From: Mycobacterium tuberculosis H37Rv | GTDB lineage: Bacteria > Actinomycetota > Actinomycetes > Mycobacteriales > Mycobacteriaceae | Length of the DNA stretch: 32,000 bases | NCBI RefSeq assembly: GCF_000195955.2 | Contig: NC_000962.3 | Location: 840,001 to 872,000, forward strand | Reading direction: 5' to 3' | Part shown: positions 10,558 to 20,911 of the stretch, piece after piece | How the letters are laid out: every line of letters begins with the position of its first letter | How positions within the stretch are numbered: position 1 is the first letter of the stretch | Made by a program: the position numbers and the translations under genes | Notes under the pieces: model-generated | Database searches by the model: none | Told to the model about the DNA's origin: nothing | What the model saw: only the letters and a program-made list of their open reading frames with translations

Positions 10558-10624
10558 CTGTCAAGCATCAGCCGAAACATCGTCAGGCATCACCCGAACC
10601 CAAAACGTCAAGCATCAGCCGAGG
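10537..10624. repeat. Four ~18-bp direct repeats, consensus GTCAAGCATCAGCCGAAC, spaced 22-25 bp; probable IS subterminal array
   Basis: Copies at 10537, 10560, 10582 and 10607: gtcaaggatcagccgaac, gtcaagcatcagccgaaa, gtcaggcatcacccgaac, gtcaagcatcagccgagg. Confidence 0.85.
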
Positions 10625-10641
10625 TACTACACGAACGCTTG

Positions 10642-10713
10642 AGCCCCCTGTCAGGATTGAACTGACGACCGCTCGCTTACAAGGCGAGTGCTCTACCACT
10701 GAGCTAAGGAGGC
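10642..10713 (-). tRNA. thrV: tRNA-Thr, anticodon TGT
   Basis: Reverse complement GCCTCCTTAGCTCAGTGGTAGAGCACTCGCCTTGTAAGCGAGCGGTCGTCAGTTCAATCCTGACAGGGGGCT folds as a cloverleaf: acceptor GCCTCCT/AGGGGGC, anticodon loop CTTGTAA, T-arm with TTCAATC. Confidence 0.93.
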
Positions 10714-10740
10714 CGATGAAATCGCTGTGAGTCTAGCCGC

Positions 10741-11466
10741 TCACTCGCTGTCGACGACGCGTTGCGAACGCACCGACCGCGACGACGAGCGGCGCGCGGG
10801 ACGGCGCCCGGGCAGTGGAATGCGCTCGGCGATGCTGCTCAGCGGGTTGACCACCATGGTAAGTGCGATCACAGCGTCTTGCAGCGTCGCGATGGCCGGC
10901 TCGAGCGCCTCCATCCCGGGTGTCAGCCGCGCCAACGTGTCGGCGACGTCGGCGAGCTGTTCGAGCGGTCCGTCCTTGGCCGTTATCTTGTCGATCAGTC
11001 CGCCTTCGGCCAGCAGCCGGTCGGCCAGCCCGTCTTCGGAGAGCACCCGCTCGATAAGTCCGTCCTCGGCGAGCAGCTGGTCGGCCAGTCCGCCCGGTTG
11101 CAGCGCGCGCTGCATGGCGCCGCCTTCAGCGGTCAGGCGGTCGAGTAAGCCGCCGGGCTGGGTCAGCAGGTCGACCACCCCGCCGGGCCGCAGCATCCGG
11201 TCCATCGGCCCGTTGGGCGCGATGGCGCGTCCCAGCGGCATATCGTCGTCCAATAGCCTGGCCAGCCGGTTGGCGCGGGCAATCGTGTCATCGATTCCCA
11301 GCATGTTGGCCATTGAGGTCGACCCGCTTGCGCCGCCGGCATCACCCAACGCTTGTTTGGCCATGTCAACCGCCGCGCCGGCCATGTTCAAACCGGTGTC
11401 GGCGGCGGCGAGCCCCGCTCGTGCGGGCCAGGTCGCAATACCCACGAGGGTTTGGCCGAGGTTCAT
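10741..11466 (-). CDS. Hypothetical protein with internal 10-residue repeats, 241 aa (Rv0756c)
   Basis: Single long ORF MNLGQTLVGIATWPARAGLAAADTG...; decapeptide-period repeats; located between the tRNA and phoP. Confidence 0.85.
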   Translation of the reverse strand: MNLGQTLVGIATWPARAGLAAADTGLNMAGAAVDMAKQALGDAGGASGSTSMANMLGIDDTIARANRLARLLDDDMPLGRAIAPNGPMDRMLRPGGVVDLLTQPGGLLDRLTAEGGAMQRALQPGGLADQLLAEDGLIERVLSEDGLADRLLAEGGLIDKITAKDGPLEQLADVADTLARLTPGMEALEPAIATLQDAVIALTMVVNPLSSIAERIPLPGRRPARRSSSRSVRSQRVVDSE

Positions 11467-11607
11467 TCTGCGAGTGTATTCACGGCGCGCCGTGGATTGA
11501 GCGGCAACGGTCCAAGCTGATTTGGCGATTCCTGGCAGACTGTTAGCAGACTACTGGCAACGAGCTTTCAGGAATTACACAATGACTGTGAAGGTAACGT
11601 TCAACCA
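11467..11607 (+). promoter_or_regulatory. Divergent intergenic region containing the presumed phoP promoter
   Basis: A+T richer stretch (aactgattt...; tttcaggaattacacaatgactgtgaaggtaacgttc) between divergent Rv0756c and phoP. Placement is positional; I did not resolve a confident -10/-35 or PhoP box. Confidence 0.4.
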
Positions 11608-12351
11608 ATGCGGAAAGGGGTTGATCTCGTGACGGCGGGAACCCCAGGCGAAAACACCACACCGGAGGCTCGTGTCCTCGTGGTCGATGATGAGGCCAAC
11701 ATCGTTGAACTGCTGTCGGTGAGCCTCAAGTTCCAGGGCTTTGAAGTCTACACCGCGACCAACGGGGCACAGGCGCTGGATCGGGCCCGGGAAACCCGGC
11801 CGGACGCGGTGATCCTCGATGTGATGATGCCCGGGATGGACGGCTTTGGGGTGCTGCGCCGGCTGCGCGCCGACGGCATCGATGCCCCGGCGTTGTTCCT
11901 GACGGCCCGTGACTCGCTACAGGACAAGATCGCGGGTCTGACCCTGGGTGGTGACGACTATGTGACAAAGCCCTTCAGTTTGGAGGAGGTCGTGGCCAGG
12001 CTGCGGGTCATCCTGCGACGCGCGGGCAAGGGCAACAAGGAACCACGTAATGTTCGACTGACGTTCGCCGATATCGAGCTCGACGAGGAGACCCACGAAG
12101 TGTGGAAGGCGGGCCAACCGGTGTCGCTGTCGCCCACCGAATTCACCCTGCTGCGCTATTTCGTGATCAACGCGGGCACCGTGCTGAGCAAGCCTAAGAT
12201 TCTCGACCACGTTTGGCGCTACGACTTCGGTGGTGATGTCAACGTCGTCGAGTCCTACGTGTCGTATCTGCGCCGCAAGATCGACACTGGGGAGAAGCGG
12301 CTGCTGCACACGCTGCGCGGGGTGGGCTACGTACTGCGGGAGCCTCGATGA
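11608..12351 (+). CDS. phoP: Two-component response regulator PhoP, 247 aa (Rv0757)
   Basis: RVLVVDDEANIVELLSVSLKFQGFEVYTA receiver, VILDVMMPGMDGFGVL, KPFSLEEVVARL, and winged-helix RNVRLTFADIELDEETHEV...VNVVESYVSYLRRKID. Confidence 0.98.
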   Translation: MRKGVDLVTAGTPGENTTPEARVLVVDDEANIVELLSVSLKFQGFEVYTATNGAQALDRARETRPDAVILDVMMPGMDGFGVLRRLRADGIDAPALFLTARDSLQDKIAGLTLGGDDYVTKPFSLEEVVARLRVILRRAGKGNKEPRNVRLTFADIELDEETHEVWKAGQPVSLSPTEFTLLRYFVINAGTVLSKPKILDHVWRYDFGGDVNVVESYVSYLRRKIDTGEKRLLHTLRGVGYVLREPR

Positions 12352-12395
12352 GTCTTGGTAGTTAATCGGATCGGCAGCCCGAGGAGAACGCGGCA

Positions 12396-13853
12396 ATGGC
12401 CAGACACCTTCGAGGAAGGCTGCCCCTACGGGTACGCCTGGTCGCAGCCACGCTGATCCTGGTGGCCACTGGACTTGTGGCCTCGGGGATCGCGGTCACC
12501 TCGATGTTGCAGCACCGGCTGACCAGCCGGATCGATCGGGTGTTGCTCGAGGAAGCCCAAATCTGGGCGCAGATCACGCTGCCCTTGGCGCCGGACCCCT
12601 ACCCTGGTCATAACCCCGATCGGCCGCCGTCGAGGTTCTACGTTCGGGTGATCAGCCCCGACGGCCAGAGCTATACGGCACTCAACGACAACACTGCCAT
12701 ACCGGCGGTGCCCGCCAACAATGATGTCGGCCGGCACCCGACGACGCTGCCATCGATCGGCGGATCCAAGACTTTATGGCGCGCGGTCTCGGTGCGCGCG
12801 TCGGATGGCTACTTGACCACCGTCGCCATTGATCTGGCCGACGTCCGGAGCACCGTGCGGTCACTGGTGCTGTTGCAGGTCGGCATAGGCAGTGCGGTGC
12901 TGGTTGTCCCCGGGGTGGCGGGCTACGCTGTGGTTCGCCGCAGCCTGCGGCCGCTGGCAGAATTCGAGCAGACGGCCGCGGCGATCGGCGCGGGGCAGCT
13001 GGATCGCCGGGTCCCGCAGTGGCATCCGCGAACTGAGGTCGGCCGGCTTTCGTTGGCGCTCAACGGAATGCTGGCACAAATTCAGCGGGCGGTGGCGTCC
13101 GCGGAATCTTCCGCCGAAAAGGCCCGGGATTCAGAGGACCGGATGCGACAGTTCATCACCGACGCCAGCCATGAACTGCGTACCCCGTTGACCACTATCC
13201 GCGGCTTCGCGGAGCTGTACCGACAAGGAGCCGCCCGCGACGTGGGCATGCTGCTGTCGCGGATTGAGAGCGAAGCGAGCCGGATGGGGCTGCTGGTGGA
13301 CGATTTGCTGCTGCTTGCCCGGCTAGATGCGCACCGGCCGTTGGAACTGTGCCGGGTGGACCTGCTGGCGCTGGCCAGTGATGCCGCGCACGACGCGCGG
13401 GCGATGGACCCCAAACGCAGGATCACCCTGGAGGTCCTTGACGGCCCCGGCACCCCGGAGGTCCTCGGCGACGAATCGCGGCTTCGGCAGGTGCTGCGCA
13501 ATCTCGTTGCAAATGCCATACAGCACACCCCGGAAAGCGCCGACGTCACCGTGCGAGTCGGCACCGAGGGCGACGACGCCATCCTCGAGGTCGCCGATGA
13601 CGGTCCGGGCATGAGTCAGGAGGATGCGCTGCGGGTGTTCGAGCGGTTCTATCGCGCCGACTCGTCGCGGGCGCGCGCCAGCGGCGGGACCGGACTGGGG
13701 TTGTCGATCGTCGACTCTTTGGTGGCGGCCCATGGCGGAGCGGTCACCGTGACGACCGCGCTCGGGGAGGGTTGCTGCTTTCGTGTCTCGCTGCCGCGCG
13801 TCAGTGACGTGGACCAGCTGAGCCTCACGCCAGTTGTGCCAGGGCCGCCCTGA
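12396..13853 (+). CDS. phoR: Two-component sensor histidine kinase PhoR, 485 aa (Rv0758)
   Basis: HAMP-like [19 protein letters not shown]; H-box [18 protein letters not shown]; N-box [11 protein letters not shown]; G-box [18 protein letters not shown]. Confidence 0.98.
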
Positions 13854-14226
13854 TCTTGGCCTGCGCTTCGTCCAGCGATCCCGGTGAGGGGTTGCGGTCG
13901 ACGTTGGCAAAGCCGAAATCACTGAGGCTGCGGGTGGGAAACACGTGGATGTGTAGGTGGGGCACTTCCAGCCCGGCAATGATCATCCCGGCGCGTTGGG
14001 TTGAAAACGCCCGGCACACGGCCTTGCCGATCAGCTGGCTCACCGACATGACGCGGCCAAATAACGCGGGATCCACGTTTTGCCAGTGGTCGATTTCGGC
14101 GCGTGGCACCACCAAGGTGTGGCCTTGCGTCATCGGCTCAATCGTCAAGAACGCCACGACGTCGTCGTCCTCGTAGACGAAACGGCCGGGCAGTTCACGG
14201 TTGATGATCTTGGTGAAGATCGACAC
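13825..14226 (-). CDS. HIT-family protein, 133 aa (Rv0759c)
   Basis: [27 protein letters not shown]...[14 protein letters not shown]...[11 protein letters not shown] (HxHxH motif). Terminus overlaps the phoR 3' end convergently. Confidence 0.88.
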
Positions 14227-14266
14227 CCGTTGAGCATATGACGTCGCAACGGCCCCCCCCCAGGTT

Positions 14267-14686
14267 TCATTCCTGGTTACCGAAGGTCATCATGTCGAGG
14301 TTCCAGTACCCACGCATGTTGGTGATCAAACCGGCCTTATTCACCCGGTAGGTGAACACGCCGCGGACCTCACTGGTAAAGCCGCCGTCAAACTCGCTGT
14401 GCAACACCAGAATGTGGGCGATCTCGTCCGGTGAGCTGGACGGGAACGTCTCCTCGCAGGTGACCGTCAACCGATTGGCCGCAATGTGTGTGTCGAAGAA
14501 GGCGCCGACGGCCTCCTTACCTTTGATGCCGCTGCCATCGGGATTGGTGACGGACTTGCCGATCGGATCCTCGATGACGACGTCGTCGGCCATCAGCGCC
14601 AGCCAGCCCTCCCGGTCGTGGGCTTGGACGCACCGCCACGACGACTGCGACGCGATCAGGGCCGGGGATTGGGTCGTTTGGGTCAT
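14267..14686 (-). CDS. NTF2/SnoaL-like (ketosteroid-isomerase fold) protein, 139 aa (Rv0760c)
   Basis: [46 protein letters not shown]: canonical KSI/SnoaL N-terminal pattern. Confidence 0.88.
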   Translation of the reverse strand: MTQTTQSPALIASQSSWRCVQAHDREGWLALMADDVVIEDPIGKSVTNPDGSGIKGKEAVGAFFDTHIAANRLTVTCEETFPSSSPDEIAHILVLHSEFDGGFTSEVRGVFTYRVNKAGLITNMRGYWNLDMMTFGNQE

Positions 14687-14698
14687 GGCTATCTCCGG

Positions 14699-15826
14699 CT
14701 AGCGGTCGTCGTCCGTGTACCGGATCACGCCGCGAATGTTCTTGCCGTTCAGCATGTCCTGGTATCCGTCGTTGATCTGCTCCAGCTTGTACGCAGTGGT
14801 CACCATGTCGTCGAGGTTGAGTTTGCCGGCCTTATACATCGACAACAGCTTCGGAATGTCGTAGTGCGGGTTGCCGCCGCCGAAGATGGTGCCCTGGATG
14901 TTCTTTTGCAGCAGGGTCAACATCGCGAGGTTCAGCGTCACCTGGGTGTCGACCAGGCTGCCGATGGCCGTCAGCACGCAGGTGCCGCCCTTGGCCGTGA
15001 TGGTCAGATAGCTGTCGACGTCGGCGCCATCGAGCTTGCCGACGGTGATGATCACCTTCTGCGCCATCAGGCCGTAGGTGACCTCGGCAATGCCCATCAG
15101 CGCGGCGTTGATGTCCGGGTAGACGTGGGTGGCACCGAATTTCAGAGCCTGATCACGTTTCCATTCCACCGGCTCCACCGCGAAGACGTAGCGGGCGCCC
15201 GCGCTGACCGCGCCCTGCAACGCCGCCATGCCGACCCCACCCAAGCCGACGATGGCCACGTCGTCGCCCGGCCGGACGTCGGCCGTGCGGACCGCCGAAC
15301 CATAGCCGGTGGTGACGCCGCAACCAACCAGGCAGGCGACTTCGAAGGGCACCGACGGGTCGATCTTCACCACCGAGCTGCGGTGCACCACCATGTACGG
15401 TGAAAACGTTCCGAGCAGGGTCATCGGGTAGACGTTCTGGCCGCGAGCCTGAATCCGGAAGGAGCCGTCCGTCACAGATTCCCCGGCGAGCAGCCCCGCC
15501 CCCAGGTCGCACAGATTCCGCATTCCAGCCTGGCAGGACGGACACTTGCCGCAGGACGGGATGAATGCCAACACCACGTGATCGCCCGGGGCGAAGTCGT
15601 CGACTCCCGGGCCGACCTCGGTGACGATGCCCGCGCCCTCGTGTCCGCCCAGAACGGGAAAGCCCGCCATCGGGATGTCGCCCGTCACCAGGTGATGGTC
15701 GGAGCGGCACATCCCAGCCGCTTCCATCTGGATCTTGACTTCGTCCTTGCGCGGGTCGCCGATTTCGATCTCTTCGACGGACCATGGCTGGTTGAACTCC
15801 CAGATCAGTGCGCCCTTGGTCTTCAC
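14699..15826 (-). CDS. adhB: Zinc-containing alcohol dehydrogenase, 375 aa (Rv0761c)
   Basis: MKTKGALIWEFNQPWSVEEIEIG, CRSDHHLVTGDIP, GHEGAGIVTEVGPGV, structural Zn motif CGKCPSCQAGMRNLC, GLGGVGMAALQGA. Confidence 0.94.
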   Translation of the reverse strand: MKTKGALIWEFNQPWSVEEIEIGDPRKDEVKIQMEAAGMCRSDHHLVTGDIPMAGFPVLGGHEGAGIVTEVGPGVDDFAPGDHVVLAFIPSCGKCPSCQAGMRNLCDLGAGLLAGESVTDGSFRIQARGQNVYPMTLLGTFSPYMVVHRSSVVKIDPSVPFEVACLVGCGVTTGYGSAVRTADVRPGDDVAIVGLGGVGMAALQGAVSAGARYVFAVEPVEWKRDQALKFGATHVYPDINAALMGIAEVTYGLMAQKVIITVGKLDGADVDSYLTITAKGGTCVLTAIGSLVDTQVTLNLAMLTLLQKNIQGTIFGGGNPHYDIPKLLSMYKAGKLNLDDMVTTAYKLEQINDGYQDMLNGKNIRGVIRYTDDDR

Positions 15827-15924
15827 CGCAAACCTGCTTTCATCGTTGAACTTCGGCTACGAGTGGTCCCTAGCCTCGGCCGGAACGCCGACTGGCTGAG
15901 TGTAGGTCAACGGCGCTAGGGCGT

Positions 15925-16470
15925 TTACCACAGTGGCACCGGCGTCTTGCCGAGCGGGTAATAGCCCGGCACTTTGTTGCCCGACACGGCGCGTTCGATG
16001 CGCTTCTGCATGCCTGGCGATAGCTTGCCGGCCTTGATCAATTCCAGGTAGAGCGCGGAAACATGACCGAAGTCGAAGAAATCGCGTTGCCAGTTCCATT
16101 TCCCGCCGCCGGCATACCGGAACCAGCTGCCGCCAATGCCGTACACCTCCTGCTCGGCGCCATTGGCGTCGGTGGCAACCTGTTTCCAGAACCCAACCAC
16201 CTCGCCCTGTTTCTCGTCGATGACGACCCGTTGATAGGGGTAGCGCCAGCCCTGCAGGCCGTCCATTTCCTGGCCCAGCGCAATGTCGCGGATCTCGTCG
16301 ATGCCGACGCACATCACGTCCTCGTTGGGACCGACGTTCCAGCCGTAGGTGGCGTCGTCGGTGTAGAAGTCGGCCAGCAACGTCCAGTCGCCGCGCCGCT
16401 CCGCCGTACGGTTGGCCTGTAACCAGCGGTGAACCACATCTTCGAGTTCGTCGCGAGGATAGCCGGCCAC
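15925..16470 (-). CDS. NTF2/SnoaL-like hypothetical protein, 181 aa (Rv0762c)
   Basis: VAGYPRDELEDVVHRWLQANRTAERRGDWTLLADFYTDDATYGWNVGP...; GTG at 16468-16470; 2 nt from the ferredoxin stop. Confidence 0.85.
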   Translation of the reverse strand: MAGYPRDELEDVVHRWLQANRTAERRGDWTLLADFYTDDATYGWNVGPNEDVMCVGIDEIRDIALGQEMDGLQGWRYPYQRVVIDEKQGEVVGFWKQVATDANGAEQEVYGIGGSWFRYAGGGKWNWQRDFFDFGHVSALYLELIKAGKLSPGMQKRIERAVSGNKVPGYYPLGKTPVPLW

Positions 16471-16472
16471 GG

Positions 16473-18036
<1,564 letters not shown>

Positions 18037-18037
<1 letters not shown>

Positions 18038-18864
18038 TAGCCCGGCATCCCCTCTTCGCCCAGTACTAGCTTCTGACGGTGCGCGGGCGCATCCCTCAGC
18101 GGGGCCTCCGGTTGAATCTCCATGTTCACCACGACACACCCGCGCGGCGTTTCTGCGACGAACGCGATAGCGCGTGCCAGGTCGCTGGGTCGCAAGAAGT
18201 AGTTGTGCCGGGCCTGCCCCCACTTTGCCCAGTCCGCCAGCATTGGGCCGACTTGTTCGGCCGACAGCTGCCAGCCCATACCGGTCAGCGTGGGTCCCGG
18301 ATGCACGATCGATGCGCGAACACCGGTGCCTTCCAACTCCATCTGCAGGTTGGTGACCATAGCGGCCAGACCGGCCTTGGCGGCGCCGTAGGCACCCATA
18401 TGCGGGCGTTGGCGCAGGCCCACATCGGATCCGACGAAGATGAGGTCACCTCGCCGGCGTGCCACCATGGCCGGTAGCACGGCCGTGGCCAGCCGGTTGG
18501 CACCGACCAGGTGTATCTGAACCTGCTCTGCAAAGGCCTCGGTGCTGACCTCGTGCAGCTGTCCCGGGAGCATGTCGCCTGCACTGGACACCAGCAGTTC
18601 GACCTCGCCGAGTGCCTCGACCGTTTGCGCCACAAACGATTTCACCGACTCGGGATCGGTCACGTCGAGGGGGAAGGCTACCGCCTCGCCACCGTCGGCG
18701 CGGATTTTGTCGACCAGCTCGGCCAACTTGTCCATGCGGCGGGCCCCCAAGGCGACCGGAAACCCGCGGCCGGCGAGTTCGGTTGCGGTGGCCGCGCCGA
18801 TGCCCGACGATGCGCCGGCGACGACGGTGGTCCGCCGGGCGGGGTGAGGTTCGAAGCGTGGCAT
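18037..18864 (-). CDS. Short-chain dehydrogenase/reductase, 275 aa (Rv0765c)
   Basis: VVAGASSGIGAATATELAGRGF and MGAYGAAKAGLAAM (YxxxK); start/stop overlaps with cyp51 and cyp123. Confidence 0.93.
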
Positions 18865-20072
18865 TACCTGGCCTGCACGCTGATCGGCAGATGGGCAAAT
18901 CCGCGCACGTTGCTGGAATGGACGCGCACGACGTTGTCGTCGTCGACTTCGTAGTTGCGGATCCGACGCAGCAGCGCGCCCAGGGCCACCCGGGCTTCCA
19001 TCCGGGCCAGGTGAGCCCCCAGACAGAAGTGGGCACCGCTGCCGAAACTGACTAGTTTGCAGCCGATTTCGCGGCCGATGCGATAGTCGTCCGGGTCGTC
19101 GAACACCCGGTCGTCACGGTTGGCCGATCCCGGTAGCAGCAGCAACACCTCACCCTCGGGGATCGTGGTGTCGTACAACGTGAGATCGTGCGCGACGGTG
19201 CGGGCCAGAATCTGGCTGGACGTGTCGTAGCGCAGGGTTTCCTCCACCCACATCGGAATCCGGGAGTGGTCGGCGAATACGCGGGCCAGCTGGCCAGGGT
19301 GGTGGGCGGCCCAGTAGACGGCATTGGCCAGTAGCTTGGTGGTGGTCTCGTTGCCGGCGATCACCATGAGAAACAGGAACGCCATGATTTCCTGGTCGGA
19401 AAGCCGGTCGCCGTCGAGCTCGGCTGCCAGCAGTGCCGACGTCAGATTGTTCGCGGGCCGCCGCCGGAATTCCGCGATCAGGTCAGCGTAATATCTCATC
19501 AGCTCGATCGACGCCGCCATCGCCGGCGGGGGCACATCGGCCACGCCGTCCTCGCGGTGCAGCACCGCATCGGCCAGCGCGCGGATGCGGGCCCGGTCGG
19601 TGTCGGGCACGCCTATCAGCTCTGAAATCACATCCATCGGCAGCTTGCCAGCGAATTCTGCTACGAAATCGAAACTTTCGGTTTGCAGGGCCGAATCCAG
19701 GTGAATGCGGGCAAGTTCGAGCACCTGCGGCTCGAGTTCACGGATCCGCCGTGGGGTGAAGCCCTTGGACACCAAGGTACGCATCCGCAGATGTGCGGGG
19801 TCGTCCATGGCCAGCATCGACATTACCCGGTACGCCTCAGAAGTGCGTGAGGACGGATCCAGGGATACCCCATAGGCATTCGACAACGCCGTGCTGTCCC
19901 GGAAGCCTTGCAGCACGTCGTGGTGCCGCGACACCGCCCAGAAATTGCGTTCCTCGTTACGGTACAGCGGGGCCTCGTCCCGCAGCCGACGATAATACGG
20001 GTACGGGTCTTCGTGAAAGTCGTAGTCGTAGGGGTCCAGGACCAGTTCGGGGTCACCGACGCGGACGGTCAT
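18864..20072 (-). CDS. cyp123: Cytochrome P450 CYP123, 402 aa (Rv0766c)
   Basis: VIAGNETTTKL I-helix, EETLRYDTS, FGSGAHFCLGAHLARMEARVAL heme motif. Confidence 0.95.
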   Translation of the reverse strand: MTVRVGDPELVLDPYDYDFHEDPYPYYRRLRDEAPLYRNEERNFWAVSRHHDVLQGFRDSTALSNAYGVSLDPSSRTSEAYRVMSMLAMDDPAHLRMRTLVSKGFTPRRIRELEPQVLELARIHLDSALQTESFDFVAEFAGKLPMDVISELIGVPDTDRARIRALADAVLHREDGVADVPPPAMAASIELMRYYADLIAEFRRRPANNLTSALLAAELDGDRLSDQEIMAFLFLMVIAGNETTTKLLANAVYWAAHHPGQLARVFADHSRIPMWVEETLRYDTSSQILARTVAHDLTLYDTTIPEGEVLLLLPGSANRDDRVFDDPDDYRIGREIGCKLVSFGSGAHFCLGAHLARMEARVALGALLRRIRNYEVDDDNVVRVHSSNVRGFAHLPISVQAR

Positions 20073-20710
20073 TCGCTGCCACCAGTGCTCGGCTCGTTAG
20101 CTCCGGCCAAGATCAGGCCCACCACGTACCCGAGTCGATCGGCGATCTCGTGGTAGGTGAAGGTGCCGCTGCCGGCCTGTACGAGCGCTCCGAAGAACGC
20201 CATCTCGAGTGCGAACACGGTACCGGGATCGGCGCCAGGTCCGATCGCCGATGTGATGCGGCGGTGGATCTCGGCGCCGATTCGGTCGCGCACCGCACGC
20301 ACCGCGGGGTCGGCGCCGCCGTCGAGCAGCGCCGCCGTGCACGCCGCGCCGATTTCGGGTTCGTCGGCAACCACCAGCGCCAGGTGTCGCAACGAGCTCG
20401 TCACCCGGATAGGCATCGGGACGTTGACGTCGGTGACGCAGGGGACCTGGCGGACCAGGTCGAGGTAGACCTCGGCGATCAGATGGTTCTTCGACGAGAA
20501 GTATGTGTAGGCCGTCGCCGGGGCTACCTTGGCGCGGGCCGCCACCAGGCGCACCGTCAGGTCGGCGTATGACTTCTCCCGCAGGGTCGCCATGGCGGCA
20601 GCTAGCACCTTGCGGAAGGTTGCCTGCTGGCGGCGGTTGCGTGACACCGCTTCGGCGTGGGGTTCGGTTTGGCGCTGGGCCGGGGTGGTAACCAGTACAT
20701 CGCTGGACAC
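20069..20710 (-). CDS. TetR-family transcriptional regulator, 213 aa (Rv0767c)
   Basis: FRKVLAAAMATLREKSYADLTVRLVAARAKVAPATAYTYFSSKNHLIAEVYLDL TetR HTH; GTG start at 20708-20710. Confidence 0.92.
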   Translation of the reverse strand: MSSDVLVTTPAQRQTEPHAEAVSRNRRQQATFRKVLAAAMATLREKSYADLTVRLVAARAKVAPATAYTYFSSKNHLIAEVYLDLVRQVPCVTDVNVPMPIRVTSSLRHLALVVADEPEIGAACTAALLDGGADPAVRAVRDRIGAEIHRRITSAIGPGADPGTVFALEMAFFGALVQAGSGTFTYHEIADRLGYVVGLILAGANEPSTGGSE

Positions 20711-20717
20711 ATGTCCA
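20704..20717. promoter_or_regulatory. Putative operator palindrome TGGACA-CA-TGTCCA overlapping the tetR start codon
   Basis: Perfect 6-bp arms around a 2-bp spacer; second related copy at 20863-20874. Confidence 0.5.
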
Positions 20718-20862
20718 AGCTATCGGATGGTCGCGGCAGGAGGCAAGCCAGTCTGCTAAACATGCAGCTAACATGGGACTGTCCGCGACGCGACGTGGCC
20801 CCTGGTGCATCGGTCAGGACGGTGTAGCGGCCTTGCGGATACGGTCTCGATGAGGCAATATC

Positions 20863-20874
20863 GGACAAGTGTCC
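20863..20874. promoter_or_regulatory. Putative operator palindrome GGACA-AG-TGTCC 37 bp upstream of the aldA start
   Basis: Same half-sites and same 2-bp spacing as the 20704-20717 copy. Confidence 0.5.
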
Positions 20875-20911
20875 AATCGATGATGAGAGTCGGAGAAGTT
20901 GGGAGCGGTAG

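Noticed and set aside
11467-11607. Exact PhoP binding boxes in the phoP upstream region
   Set aside because: I could see loose repeats (cagact, actggcaac) but no clear match to the TCACAGC-N4-TCACAGC direct-repeat consensus, so no site coordinates are claimed.
14486-15403. 305-aa plus-strand ORF antisense to adhB
   Set aside because: Composition typical of GC-driven mirror ORFs; the minus-strand adhB motifs are unambiguous.
20097-20810. 237-aa minus-strand ORF overlapping the TetR gene
   Set aside because: Shadow frame; the TetR HTH is in the 20069-20710 frame.
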